The notes under the pieces were generated by a model. The model was given only the letters and a program-made list of their open reading frames with translations. It was not told the DNA's origin and searched no databases. A stretch of DNA of 35,619 nucleotides from an uncultured Clostridia bacterium (GTDB lineage: Bacteria > Bacillota > Clostridia > Oscillospirales > Acutalibacteraceae), in assembly GCA_937973935.1 (NCBI GenBank), contig CALJJF010000124.1, forward strand, positions 1 to 35,619, in the 5' to 3' direction. A program made the position numbers and the translations under genes. Positions 1 through 9,691 of this stretch are shown here, one piece after another (position 1 is the first letter of the stretch; each line of letters begins with the position of its first letter).

Positions 1-2007
1 CTCCATGCCGTGCGACACAGACACCTTCCCCGCATTCTTCCTTCATAATGGCCGCAATCTTCTTTAATATCGTATCCCCCACACGGTGTCCGAACACATC
101 GTTGGACAGCTTAAGCCCGTTTACGTCACCCATGATGATGGAAACCGGGTATTCACACATATCATTCAAACGGTTCAGGTTTTGCTCAAACATGCGGCGG
201 TTATACAGGCCCGTCAGTCCGTCGTGGTAGCTGATGTGCAGGATTTCATCCTGGGCGAGCCTGTTGTTGTTGATATCCTGTAAATTGCCATAAATCTGGA
301 TTTCTCCGGTGGTGCTGTCTCTGACAATTTTACTGCGATCGGCAAACCAGCGATAATTCCCGTTTTTGCACATCAAGCGATATTCAATCCTAAGCTCACT
401 GGCACGGCTGGTGAAGGTAGACTTGATGGAGGGCAGAATGCGCTGCAAATCATCGGGATGAACATAGTCAAGAAACTTCATATATTGCATTTTCAACAGT
501 TGGCCGGGCTGATATCCGGTGATTTTTTGAATCACCGGGCTAATGTATTCAAATTTCCCTGTATTGATGTTTCTAATATAAAAGGCATCGCTGGAATATT
601 CAATGATATTAGACAGTCTCTCTTCACTGGCTCTGATGGTGTCCTCTGCTTTCTTTCGTTGGGAAACATCGTGAACATGAAAAAGGATTCCCAAGATATA
701 CGGGTTATTGAGAAGATTGACGGCTCTTATCTCTACCATCGTATAGCTGTTGTTGCCACAAAGAAATCTGGTTTCCAGTGTCAATGTTCTTATTTCTTCA
801 TTGATAAACTGATAAAATTGCATCTCAAGCTCTGTTCTGTCGTCGGGATGGATAAACGCAAAGGACAGTTTCCCCATCAGTTCGTCAGGGTTCCAGCCAA
901 ACAGCCTGTCCGAATTGGGGCTTTGGTATTTGATCAGTCCCGTCTCATCCACTATGGCAATGCTGTCGGAAATGTTCGCAATCATTTCTCTGTGTTCCAT
1001 CTCACTGGCAATTAAGGCATCCTCTGCTTTTTTGCTCCGTGTGATGTCCATCACGGTGGAAATCATCAGATTTTGCTCAGGCAGCGGAATGTTCACCGCA
1101 TTGATGATACGTTTTTCTCCGCTTTTTGTTGTAGCGACTCCCAATGCATACGCTCCGGTTCACCGCTTTTAAAATCTGTCATCACACGCTTTACAATTTC
1201 ATTGCGGTAATTCTCATCCGGATAAACGTTTTTAAAAAACTGCGGCACATTCATAATCTCATCGTTGGGCCATCCATAGGTTTCGCCGAACTTTTTATTG
1301 TGATAGGAAGCCGTCATATTATCGATCTCATTGATTGCCAGACCGATGGGCAAATTGTCAAGGATGGTCTGTATGAAAACACTTTGCTTTTTTCTGGCAT
1401 CCTCGGCGCGGATACGATTTAAGGTAATGGTAGTCTGCTTTGCAATAATTTCAATGGTCTTTGCATACGGTGAAATATCCTTTGACGTTAAAATAGTCAA
1501 ACCGCCGAAGTAAGTTTCCTGATTGACCAGACCGAGACCGTATATGTAACGTATATTCAATAGTTTTTGAGCTTGATCGCATAGAAGCTTGGGTATTTTA
1601 TTGCATAACATGGTGTGTAAATCCGTTTTTATATTCTGAAACTTGCCGGAACGATATGTTTCTTCCACATAGCGATCCATATCACTGAACCGAAAGCCGG
1701 TTTCCAAAGGATTCCGGTTCAGGATACCTACTATTCTGTCAAAAAAGGATGCACCGCAGAATTTTGTGGTTTTCAACTGTTTTGACTTTTCGTCCACGGT
1801 TGCCATAACTGTGAACCCTTCCCCGATCAATTCATATACCTTATCTGCTAAGAAGCTGTGTATTTCTTCAATTGTGTTAAGCTCAAGGAGCTTACTTTGA
1901 AAATCAATGATAAACTGCATTTCTGTCACATAAGCAGCATCTGAAGGGGAATCAGCCGATTTGGTCAAATCAGCCTTATGCTCTTCGTCAACAATACGGG
2001 ATGCCAT
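1..2007 (-). pseudogene. PAS/PAS-domain sensor diguanylate cyclase (GGDEF) with one reading-frame break; C-terminus lies beyond the left window edge
   Basis: Minus-strand ORF 2007..1093 has RBS AAGGAGG 7 nt before its ATG and ends ...EPERMHWESLQQKAEKNVSSMR*. A second minus-strand frame is open from about 1165 down to base 1. It reads ...GVATTKSGEKRIINAVNIPLPEQN..., then RIEYRLMCKNGNYRWFADRSKIVRD (PAS), then HISYHDGLTGLYNRRMFEQ...IIMGDVNGLKLSNDVFGHRVGD (GGDEF). Restoring one base between about 1093 and 1165 joins the frames into one continuous PAS fold. Confidence 0.7.
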
Positions 2008-2126
2008 AACAGTACCCTCCTTTGTATACAGCCATTATAAACGAATATTTTACTGTTTACAACTTGTTTCTTGCGATTATTTAGCTAATTTCAACAATTA
2101 ATTCCATCATTAATATTATAAATTTA

Positions 2127-2155
2127 CAAAAAAATACACCCTAAGGTGTATTTTT
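2127..2155 (-). terminator. Rho-independent terminator downstream of the decarboxylase gene (hairpin flanked by A/T runs on both sides, so possibly bidirectional)
   Basis: The sequence is aaaaaAATACACCctaaGGTGTATTttttt: a perfect 8-bp stem with a 4-nt loop and a T-run on either strand. Confidence 0.7.
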
Positions 2156-2166
2156 ACTTTTTCACT

Positions 2167-3309
2167 TTATGATAGACGAGAACTGAAATCATAATACCCG
2201 AATTCTTTGATGATCTTGATTCCGTTCTGCTCGTTGAAAAGTGCAATTGACGGCAGATTTATCCCGTTGAAGGTGTTGTTTTTGACCATGGTATAATGTG
2301 CCATATCGCAGAAAATCAATTTATCCCCCACCTGTAAGGGACTTGGAAAAGAATAATCCCCGATGATATCCCCCGCCAGACATGTGTTTCCCCCGAACCG
2401 GTAGGTGTATGGATATTCGCCAGGCATACCGCTGCCTATGATATGGGGACGATAAGGCATTTCCAGCACATCCGGCATATGACAGGCTGCAGAAGCGTCT
2501 AAAATCCCGATTTCCATGTTGTTTTTCACAATATCAAGGACAGAAGCAACAAGATATCCGGTGTTGAGAGCAACGGCTTCCCCCGGCTCCAAATAAACCT
2601 GGATGCCGTATTTGTCTTTAAAGTACAAGATAGAGCGAGCCAGTGTGTCAATGTCATAATCGGGTCTGGTGATATGATGACCGCCGCCGAAGTTAATCCA
2701 TTTCATATGTTTGATATACTTGCCAAATTTTTCGTCTACCACCCGGATGGTCCGTTCCAATGTGTCGCTGTTTTGTTCGCACATGGTGTGAAAATGAAGC
2801 CCGTCAAGCCCTTCCAGCTGGTCCTCCTGAAAGTTTGACAGTGTTACACCAAGCCGTGACCCGGTAAAACAGGGATTATAGATATCTGTTTCGATCTCGG
2901 AATATTCCGGATTGATACGCAGCCCGCATTCAATTCTCTTCGGATTTACGCGAACCTTTTCCTTATATTTATTCCACTGTGCAAAGGAATTGAACACCAT
3001 ATGGTCACAATAGCTTAAGATTTCGTCAATCTCATCCTCTTCATAAGCAGGTGCGTAGATATGGACTTCCTTCCCCATTTTTTCATAACCCAGCCTGGCC
3101 TCATGCAGTGAGCTTGCGGTCATCCCGTTTAAATATTTCCCTACCAGCGGAAAAACGGCATGCATGGAAAAACCCTTCAAAGCCAGCAAAATCCGACAGC
3201 CCGTTCTGTCGATGACAGAGCGGAGTGTTTCCAAATTTTTAATAAGCAGCCGTTCATCCACCACATAACATGGTGTTTTTACCTTACTCAAATCAATGTT
3301 CAATTGCAT
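2167..3309 (-). CDS. nspC: Carboxynorspermidine/carboxyspermidine decarboxylase
   Basis: The 380-aa ORF starts MQLNIDLSKVKTPCYVVDERLL...LKGFSMHAVFPLV...GMTASSLHEARLG and carries GGGHHITRPDYD and EPGEAVA. These are typical of the NspC/CANSDC family. It lies 4 nt downstream of the dehydrogenase partner. Confidence 0.9.
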   Translation of the reverse strand: MQLNIDLSKVKTPCYVVDERLLIKNLETLRSVIDRTGCRILLALKGFSMHAVFPLVGKYLNGMTASSLHEARLGYEKMGKEVHIYAPAYEEDEIDEILSYCDHMVFNSFAQWNKYKEKVRVNPKRIECGLRINPEYSEIETDIYNPCFTGSRLGVTLSNFQEDQLEGLDGLHFHTMCEQNSDTLERTIRVVDEKFGKYIKHMKWINFGGGHHITRPDYDIDTLARSILYFKDKYGIQVYLEPGEAVALNTGYLVASVLDIVKNNMEIGILDASAACHMPDVLEMPYRPHIIGSGMPGEYPYTYRFGGNTCLAGDIIGDYSFPSPLQVGDKLIFCDMAHYTMVKNNTFNGINLPSIALFNEQNGIKIIKEFGYYDFSSRLS

Positions 3310-3313
3310 GCCC

Positions 3314-4513
3314 TCAATCTATCAATGTCGGGTTGAAGTTCTCTTTCCAAGGAAGGCCGCATTTGTTCAGCTCGTCCATAAACGGATCCGGGTCAAATTC
3401 TTCAATGTTATATACCCCGGGCTTTTTCCAAAGACCCTTTAAAATCATCATGGCACCGATCATAGCAGGCACACCGGTGGTATAAGAAATCGCTTGTGAG
3501 CCCACTTCCTTGTAGCATTCCTCGTGATCGCACACATTATATACGTAATATGTCTTTGGTTCACCGTTTTTGGTGCCTTTAAAAATACAACCGATGTTGG
3601 TTTTGCCCTTGGTGCGGGGACCCAGAGATGCCGGATCCGGCAGCAGCGCTTTCAGGAACTGAAGCGGAACAATCTCTTGTCCTTCGTATAGGATCGGTTC
3701 AATGGATGTGATTCCCACGTTTTGTAGCACCTGCAGATGGTTGAGATAATTATCGGAAAAAGTCATCCAGAACCTTATTTTTTTGATTCCCTTGATGTGA
3801 ACAGCAAGGGATTCCAGCTCTTCGTGATACAACAGGTAAATATTCTTCGGTCCGATTTCATCCAAATCATAAGTGCGCTTTTCTGACAGCGGTTCGGTTT
3901 CGATCCACTGTCCTTCCTTATAAAAACGACCCTTGGCCGTGATTTCACGGATGTTGATCTCCGGGTTAAAGTTCGTGGCAAAGGGATAGCCGTGATCGCC
4001 GGCGTTTGCATCCACAATATCGATTTCTTCAATCTCATCAAAATAGTGCTTCATGGCATAGGCACTGAACACCCCGGTCACACCCGGGTCAAAACCACTG
4101 CCAAGCAGTGCGGTAATTCCTGCTTTTTCAAACTTTTCTTTGTATGCCCACTGCCATTTGTATTCAAATTTAGGGATATCAATGGGTTCATAATTCGCTG
4201 TGTCCAGATAATCCACACCGGTGGCAAGGCAAGCGTCCATAATGGTCAAATCCTGATAAGGAAGCGCAACATTGATGACGATATCAGGCTGAAAGCTGTG
4301 GATCAGCGCAATTACCTCGTCTGTATTGTCCGCATCCACCTGTGCTGTGGTAATCACCGTTTTTGTGTTTTTTACGGATTCCTTTATGGCGTCACATTTA
4401 CTTTTTGTCCTGCTGGCAAGACAGATTTCCTCAAATATATCACTGTGCTGACAGCATTTGTGTACCACCACATTAGAAACACCGCCTGCTCCGATAATCA
4501 ACGCTTTTCCCAT
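3314..4513 (-). CDS. Carboxynorspermidine synthase/dehydrogenase (saccharopine dehydrogenase family)
   Basis: The 399-aa ORF has an N-terminal Rossmann motif, MGKALIIGAGGVSNVVVHKC. The remainder looks like the saccharopine-dehydrogenase-like CANSDH family. It is paired in an operon with nspC. Confidence 0.88.
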   Translation of the reverse strand: MGKALIIGAGGVSNVVVHKCCQHSDIFEEICLASRTKSKCDAIKESVKNTKTVITTAQVDADNTDEVIALIHSFQPDIVINVALPYQDLTIMDACLATGVDYLDTANYEPIDIPKFEYKWQWAYKEKFEKAGITALLGSGFDPGVTGVFSAYAMKHYFDEIEEIDIVDANAGDHGYPFATNFNPEINIREITAKGRFYKEGQWIETEPLSEKRTYDLDEIGPKNIYLLYHEELESLAVHIKGIKKIRFWMTFSDNYLNHLQVLQNVGITSIEPILYEGQEIVPLQFLKALLPDPASLGPRTKGKTNIGCIFKGTKNGEPKTYYVYNVCDHEECYKEVGSQAISYTTGVPAMIGAMMILKGLWKKPGVYNIEEFDPDPFMDELNKCGLPWKENFNPTLID

Positions 4514-4649
4514 GATAACATCCCCTTTTTTCTCTCAGTCATATCTGTATTGCAACAAATATTCATTGGTAATTATACAGATAATATTCCCAAAAATCAA
4601 GCAGAATTCCTTTACATTCTTGAAATACGGTAAATTAATCATTTTTGTA

Positions 4650-4677
4650 TTGAATATTTCGATTTTTGATGTATAAT
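4650..4677 (+). promoter_or_regulatory. Candidate sigma-A promoter of the first metal-uptake operon
   Basis: TTGAAT at 4650-4655, a 16-nt spacer and TATAAT at 4672-4677, about 40 nt upstream of the SBP start. It sits in the divergent intergenic region shared with the polyamine operon. Confidence 0.4.
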
Positions 4678-4718
4678 AATAGTAAATGCAAATGCAAATC
4701 ATTCTTACTTGGAGGAAT

Positions 4719-5624
4719 ATGATGAAATTCGGACGTTTATTATTGGTGATGTTATTGGCGATATCTTTGTTCACAGGATGCAGCAGGAAGATCGGTATCG
4801 GTGAAGGGACTAAAAACGACAGCTTAAAAATCGTCACATCCTTTTATCCCATGTATCTTTCTGCCATTAACATTACAGACGGAATTGAAAATGTTGAAGT
4901 CATCAACATGACCAAGCCTCAGACCGGCTGTCTCCATGATTACCAGCTGACACCTGCCGATTTGGTCACGCTTGAGGATGCCGATGCTTTTATCATCAAC
5001 GGAGCGGGCATGGAAAGCTTTCTCGACAAGGTGATATCTGCCCGAAAAAATCTACCCATCATAGAGGCCTCTAGGGGAATTGCAGCGATTAAGGATGACA
5101 GCGGCGAGGAAAACCCCCATATGTGGCTGAGTATCGCCAACTATATCAAACAGATTGAAAACATAACCGCACAGCTGTCACAGATTGATATAAAAAACGC
5201 CGCAAAATACCAAAGCAACGGTGCCGCTTATATAGATAAGCTGAAAACCCTCGGTAACACCATGCACGCCTCCATTGATACCATCAAAGACCGCAATATC
5301 ATACCCTTTCACGAAGCGTTTCCTTATTTCGCAAAGGAATTCAACCTGAATATTGCCGCCGTCATCGAACGGGAGCCGGGCACAGCACCCACACCTGCAG
5401 AGCTGACCGAAACCATTGATGTCATAAAAAAATCCGGTGCAAAGGCAATCTTCACTGAGCCCCAGTACTCATCAAAAGCCGCAGAAACCATCAAAGCGGA
5501 GACAGGCATATCCTTATACACCCTTGACCCTATTGTCACGGGACAAGCCGATAAAAAAGCCAAGGACGATTATATTACAAAAATGATGTCCAATCTGGAA
5601 AGTCTGAAAGAGGCACTGAAATAA
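4719..5624 (+). CDS. Metal (Zn/Mn family, cluster A-I) ABC transporter substrate-binding lipoprotein
   Basis: ZnuA/TroA-like sequence: FYPMYL..., LHDYQLTPAD, NPHMWLS, FHEAFPYFAKEF. Lipoprotein signal MMKFGRLLLVMLLAISLFTGC. GGAGG at 4711-4715 favours the ATG at 4719/4722 over the track start at 4686. Confidence 0.85.
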   Translation: MMKFGRLLLVMLLAISLFTGCSRKIGIGEGTKNDSLKIVTSFYPMYLSAINITDGIENVEVINMTKPQTGCLHDYQLTPADLVTLEDADAFIINGAGMESFLDKVISARKNLPIIEASRGIAAIKDDSGEENPHMWLSIANYIKQIENITAQLSQIDIKNAAKYQSNGAAYIDKLKTLGNTMHASIDTIKDRNIIPFHEAFPYFAKEFNLNIAAVIEREPGTAPTPAELTETIDVIKKSGAKAIFTEPQYSSKAAETIKAETGISLYTLDPIVTGQADKKAKDDYITKMMSNLESLKEALK

Positions 5625-6410
5625 ATGGAACATGAACACATCAAATGTGCCGGCAACTGCTGTGGCTTGTGCTGTACCAAGATTGAAGACTTTGGCGTAA
5701 TGCTGGGTCATGTCAAAATCATTGAAAATGTAAACATGCATATACACTGCGGCGAACTGACGGCAATCATCGGTCCCAACGGTGCGGGCAAAAGCACCCT
5801 CTTAAAGGCTATTTTGGGCGAATACAAGCATACCGGCAGCTTAACATACATGGACGCCAAGGGGGAACGGGAAGGCAGCCCTTTAATCGGTTATGTTCCC
5901 CAGCATCTTGACTTTGATAACGGCACGCCTGCCAGCGTGCTGGATCTTTTTTTGTCCTGCAATGCAAAAAGCCCCGCTTTTTTCCGGGGCAGCAAGAAGC
6001 AGAAAAATCGTGCAAAGGAAAGCCTGCAGCGGGTCAACGCGGAACATTTGCTACACAAACGGCTGGGTGTTTTGTCCGGTGGCGAGCTTCAGCGTGTGCT
6101 GCTTGCCCTGGCGCTGGACCCGATTCCCGATCTACTGCTGCTGGATGAGCCTGTCTCCGGCATTGACCAAAAAGGACTTGCACTTTTCTACAAAACCTTA
6201 TCCGATATCAAAACCCAATATGATTTGACGATTATTTTGGTGTCCCACGACCTTGCTTTGATCAAAAGTCATGCTGACCGTGTGATGCTGCTGAACAAAA
6301 CCGTGGTCTGTGCCGGAACACCCCAAGAGGTTTTTGACAATGCGAAAACCAGCGAGCTGTTCGGTTTGCCTGTCGGTCCGGGAAAGAAGGAGGACAGTGA
6401 AAATGCTTGA
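5625..6410 (+). CDS. Metal ABC transporter ATP-binding protein (ZnuC-like) with a Cys/His-rich N-terminal extension
   Basis: Walker A GPNGAGKST, signature LSGGELQRV and Walker B LLLLDEP are present. The N-terminus reads MEHEHIKCAGNCCGLCC. The ATG directly follows the SBP stop codon. Confidence 0.88.
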   Translation: MEHEHIKCAGNCCGLCCTKIEDFGVMLGHVKIIENVNMHIHCGELTAIIGPNGAGKSTLLKAILGEYKHTGSLTYMDAKGEREGSPLIGYVPQHLDFDNGTPASVLDLFLSCNAKSPAFFRGSKKQKNRAKESLQRVNAEHLLHKRLGVLSGGELQRVLLALALDPIPDLLLLDEPVSGIDQKGLALFYKTLSDIKTQYDLTIILVSHDLALIKSHADRVMLLNKTVVCAGTPQEVFDNAKTSELFGLPVGPGKKEDSENA

Positions 6411-7239
6411 TTTTTTTTATCAGCTGATCGGCTCCATCCCCTTTCAGTGGACAGAGCATACCTTTATGAAAAACGCCTTGCTGGCAATTGTGTTAATCAC
6501 TCCTCTTTTCGGGTTGTTGGGCACCATGATCGTAACCAACCGCATGGCATTTTTTTCTGATTCCCTGGGTCATGGCGCCTTTACCGGCATTGCCATCGGT
6601 TCCCTCTTGGGAATGGCGGCACCTATGGCGGCAGCGGTGATCTTCTCCATCATTTTCGCCATATCAATTACGCTGATCAAACACAAAAGCAGATCCTCCA
6701 CCGATACTGTCATTGGTGTGTTTTCCTCCCTTGCCATTGCCCTTGGTTTGGTCTTATTGTCGGCAGGCGGCAGCTTCAACAAATACTCCTCTTATTTGAT
6801 CGGAGATTTGCTTAATATTTATCCCTCCGAAATCGTTTCGCTTTTCTTCTTTTTTATCGGCGTTATTATTTTATGGGTGCTTGTTTTCAACAAGCTGCTT
6901 TTGGTCAGCATCAACGAATCCCTGGCACGCAGTCGTGGCGTCAAAACCCTGATCATCGAAATGATATTTACCGCCACCATTGCCATTATCGTTACCATCT
7001 CCATTCAGTGGGTGGGTATTCTCATCATCAATTCCTTGCTTGTCCTGCCCGCTGCAGCCGCCAAGAATGTTGCCGGAAATGTGCGGCAATACACCCTGTT
7101 CTCTGTACTGTTTGCTTTGGTTTCCGGCGTTTGCGGCCTTATCCTTTCTTATTATTGGGGAACGGCCACAGGCGCTACCATTGTCATTGTTGCGGGTATT
7201 ATTTTCTTGTTATCCGCTCTAATAAAACGAAGCCGGTAG
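6403..7239 (+). CDS. Metal ABC transporter permease (ABC-3 / ZnuB family)
   Basis: A polytopic hydrophobic protein starting MLDFFYQLIGSIPFQW...FMKNALLAIVLI. The ATG at 6403 overlaps the ATPase stop by 8 nt. The track start at 6310 would run through the 3' end of the ATPase gene. Confidence 0.85.
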   Translation: MLDFFYQLIGSIPFQWTEHTFMKNALLAIVLITPLFGLLGTMIVTNRMAFFSDSLGHGAFTGIAIGSLLGMAAPMAAAVIFSIIFAISITLIKHKSRSSTDTVIGVFSSLAIALGLVLLSAGGSFNKYSSYLIGDLLNIYPSEIVSLFFFFIGVIILWVLVFNKLLLVSINESLARSRGVKTLIIEMIFTATIAIIVTISIQWVGILIINSLLVLPAAAAKNVAGNVRQYTLFSVLFALVSGVCGLILSYYWGTATGATIVIVAGIIFLLSALIKRSR

Positions 7240-7253
7240 AAAAGGGGTTAGAT

Positions 7254-7655
7254 ATGAATACATTACAAAACAGCGGTCTCAAAAACACACGACATGCCAA
7301 TGAAATCCTGGGTTGTATCCGTCAGAGCCCACAGCCCCTGTCCGCCGAACAGATTTATCTGGCATTGTGCAAGAATAAAATCGAAATCAGCCTCTCTACG
7401 GTTTACCGTGTTTTAACAAAGCTGACGGAGAAAAATATCATTGAGAAAACAGGCTTTGTAAACAACAAAGCGGTATTTGAAATTCTTTCCCCAAAGCATA
7501 AGCATCATCTGGTTTGCACACAGTGCAACACCATGTTTCCGGTAGAGGGCTGCCCTCTTTCCGAATACGAAAAAAAACTCACAGACGAAACCGGCTTTGC
7601 CATTAGCGGTCATAAGCTGGAGATTTTCGGACTATGTATGAAATGTAGAAAGTAA
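7254..7655 (+). CDS. zur: Fur-family metalloregulator, Zur-like by context
   Basis: MNTLQNSGLKNTRHANEILGCIR...LSTVYRVLTKL is a winged-helix region. HKHHLVCTQCN and GLCMKCRK are the Fur-family Cys pairs. The gene lies between two zinc-type importers. The Zur, Fur or PerR subtype cannot be proven from sequence alone. Confidence 0.72.
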   Translation: MNTLQNSGLKNTRHANEILGCIRQSPQPLSAEQIYLALCKNKIEISLSTVYRVLTKLTEKNIIEKTGFVNNKAVFEILSPKHKHHLVCTQCNTMFPVEGCPLSEYEKKLTDETGFAISGHKLEIFGLCMKCRK

Positions 7656-7680
7656 TGCATCGTAGCATAGGGAGGAACCC

Positions 7681-7980
7681 ATGAACAAACAAATGCTGAA
7701 AAAAATATTGGCAGTCCTGATTTTCCTATCTTTTGTATGTGTCATGATTCTGTCAACAGGCTTTCTGATGACCCATCAAACTCATATTTGCACAGGGAGC
7801 GGCTGCCCAACCTGTCAATTCATTCAGGAAGCAGCCGGGCTGCTTTCTGCACTCTCAAAAACACCGATGGCGTTTTGCCTTGTTTTTTTCAGCATAGTTA
7901 CCGGCCTTGTCCTTTCCTTTTACCCCCTTCATATGCTGTTTTCTTCTTTGACCGGTTTGAAAATACGCATGAACAATTGA
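7681..7980 (+). CDS. Small membrane protein with an HxxHxCxxxxCxxC motif (unknown function)
   Basis: The 99-aa ORF follows RBS GGGAGG. It has two or three hydrophobic helices, and the motif THQTHICTGSGCPTCQF sits between them. Confidence 0.6.
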   Translation: MNKQMLKKILAVLIFLSFVCVMILSTGFLMTHQTHICTGSGCPTCQFIQEAAGLLSALSKTPMAFCLVFFSIVTGLVLSFYPLHMLFSSLTGLKIRMNN

Positions 7981-8026
7981 ACCCCTCTTACTCGCCGGAA
8001 CCAAATAATATTCGGAGGTAAGAGCG

Positions 8027-8983
8027 TTGAAAAAAATAGCATTCATTTTGTCGTTATTGTGTATGATAACGGCTTTTACAGGTTGTACAACGAGTACTAC
8101 ATCCGCAAAATCGGATAGAATCAGTGTGGTTGCCACCATTTTTCCGCAATATGATTTTGCCCGTGCCGTTGTGGGGAACAAGGCAGACTTGACCATGCTG
8201 ATTCCGCCGGGATCCGAAATCCATTCTTATGAACCCTCCCCATCCGATATCATTAAAATCCAAAACAGTGATGTTTTTATCTACATCGGAGGAGAATCCG
8301 ACACCTGGGTGGACAAGATTCTGTCTGCCATGGATATCAAAAACAAAAAAATAGTAAAAATGATGGATTGCGTTACAGCCGTAGAGGAGGCAACCGTGAA
8401 CAATGCGAATGACGAGCACGAAGACGGCGAAACCCACGAGGACGAAGAGGAGCCGGAATATGACGAACATGTGTGGACCTCTCCCAAAAATGCAGTCAAA
8501 ATCGTCAGTGCCATCAAAGATGCGGTAAGCAGTGTCGACACAAAAAATGCGAAGATCTACGAAAGCAATGCCACAGATTATAGGACCAAAATCACAGAGC
8601 TTGACACCAGCATCCAAGCAATCGTCAGCAAAGCGAAAACCAAAACTCTTGTGGTGGGTGACCGTTTTCCCTTCCGCTACTTTGCAGACGAATTCGGACT
8701 GTCCTACAAGGCTGCTTTTGCGGGCTGCAGCAAGGAAACCGAAGCCAGTGCCGCAACCATTGCGGAACTAATCAATTACATCAAACAAAACAATGTGAAA
8801 ACCGTTTATTCTATTGAACTGAGCAATCAGAATATCGCTAAAACATTGTCAGAGCAGACCGGCGCAAAAATACTGCTATTACACTCCTGTCACAATCTAG
8901 CTAAAAGTGATTTTGACAGCGGTGCTACTTATGTCAGCCTGATGAGAACCAACGCCCTCAATCTGGAAAAGGGGTTGAACTGA
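8027..8983 (+). CDS. znuA: Zinc ABC transporter substrate-binding lipoprotein (ZnuA/AdcA type) with an acidic His-rich loop
   Basis: TTG start 8 nt after GGAGG. Lipobox LLCMITAFTGC. ZnuA-type core: IHSYEPSPSD, DEHVWTSP. The His/Asp/Glu loop NDEHEDGETHEDEEEPEYDEH is characteristic of zinc-specific SBPs. Confidence 0.88.
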   Translation: MKKIAFILSLLCMITAFTGCTTSTTSAKSDRISVVATIFPQYDFARAVVGNKADLTMLIPPGSEIHSYEPSPSDIIKIQNSDVFIYIGGESDTWVDKILSAMDIKNKKIVKMMDCVTAVEEATVNNANDEHEDGETHEDEEEPEYDEHVWTSPKNAVKIVSAIKDAVSSVDTKNAKIYESNATDYRTKITELDTSIQAIVSKAKTKTLVVGDRFPFRYFADEFGLSYKAAFAGCSKETEASAATIAELINYIKQNNVKTVYSIELSNQNIAKTLSEQTGAKILLLHSCHNLAKSDFDSGATYVSLMRTNALNLEKGLN

Positions 8984-9691
8984 ATGACACTGCTGACTTG
9001 CGATAAGCTCTCTGTGAGCTATAACAGAATCACTGCCTTAAAAAACGTCAGTTTTCATGTAGATGATGGAGACTATCTCTGTATTGTGGGTGAAAACGGC
9101 TCTGGGAAAAGTACGCTCATTAAAGCAATTTTACAATTGATCGGCACAGAGAGCGGAACCATCACCCTCAACGGCATCCGACAAACCGAAATCGGTTATC
9201 TGCCCCAACAGACCGTGGTACAAAAAGACTTTCCCGCCTCGGTTTTCGAAGTGGTTTTGTCCGGCTGTCTCAACCGCAAAGGACGAAACCCGTTTTATGG
9301 CAAAGCAGAGAAAGCCCTTGCCCTCGAAAAGCTGGCGGAGCTGGGCATCGCAACGCTCAAAAACAAATCCTATCGGGATTTGTCGGGTGGTCAGCAGCAG
9401 CGGGTTTTGCTGGCCCGTGCCCTCTGTGCCACCCGCAAGCTGATTGTTTTAGACGAGCCTGTCACAGGGCTTGACCCATTGGTTACCACGGAGCTGTATG
9501 CGACCATCAAGGAGCTCAACGGCAAGCAAGGCATTGCTGTAATCATGGTTTCTCACGATATTCAGGGCGTTCTCGAAAGTGCAAATAAAATTCTGCATGT
9601 GAATGTGGAGCCGGTTTTTTTCGGTAGCCCCTCGGATTATCTGAACACATCGGTGGGCCAAAGGATGACAGGAGGTACCACTCATGCTTGA
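8984..9691 (+). CDS. znuC: Zinc ABC transporter ATP-binding protein
   Basis: Walker A GENGSGKST, signature LSGGQQQRV and Walker B LIVLDEP. The start abuts the znuA stop. Confidence 0.88.
   Translation: MTLLTCDKLSVSYNRITALKNVSFHVDDGDYLCIVGENGSGKSTLIKAILQLIGTESGTITLNGIRQTEIGYLPQQTVVQKDFPASVFEVVLSGCLNRKGRNPFYGKAEKALALEKLAELGIATLKNKSYRDLSGGQQQRVLLARALCATRKLIVLDEPVTGLDPLVTTELYATIKELNGKQGIAVIMVSHDIQGVLESANKILHVNVEPVFFGSPSDYLNTSVGQRMTGGTTHA

Noticed and set aside
48-1513. Plus-strand ORFs 48..230, 86..283, 458..1015, 915..1172, 1144..1422 and 1331..1513
   Set aside because: All are antisense to the PAS-GGDEF gene, whose minus-strand translation gives clear PAS and GGDEF motifs. Their products are low-complexity with no motifs and no RBS.
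4641-4668. Possible Zur box (similar to AAATCGTAATNATTACGATTT) over the first operon's promoter
   Set aside because: Only one half-site (ATTTCGATTT, 4656-4665) resembles the Bacillus consensus. The other half matches 3 of 10 positions. That is not enough to call an operator without a clade-specific matrix.
4683-4700. AAATGC tandem (taaatgcaaatgcaaatc) before the first SBP start
   Set aside because: It is only about 2.5 copies of a hexamer inside the 5' leader, with weak palindromic ends, and is most likely incidental.
3992-4837. ORFs 3992..4633 (+), 4458..4676 (+) and 4535..4837 (-)
   Set aside because: They are antisense to the dehydrogenase gene or lie in the AT-rich divergent promoter region. 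Their composition is Ile/Phe/Asn-rich, as expected for translated AT-rich non-coding DNA.
6873-7655. 260-aa plus-strand ORF that looks like a large gene
   Set aside because: Its first 127 codons or so overlap the permease gene out of frame and give Cys/His/Arg-rich nonsense. The real gene is the Fur-family regulator starting at ATG 7254.
8054-8617. 187-aa minus-strand ORF inside the second SBP gene
   Set aside because: The plus-strand frame has an unmistakable ZnuA signature, a lipobox and a His-rich loop. The antisense product has no features.
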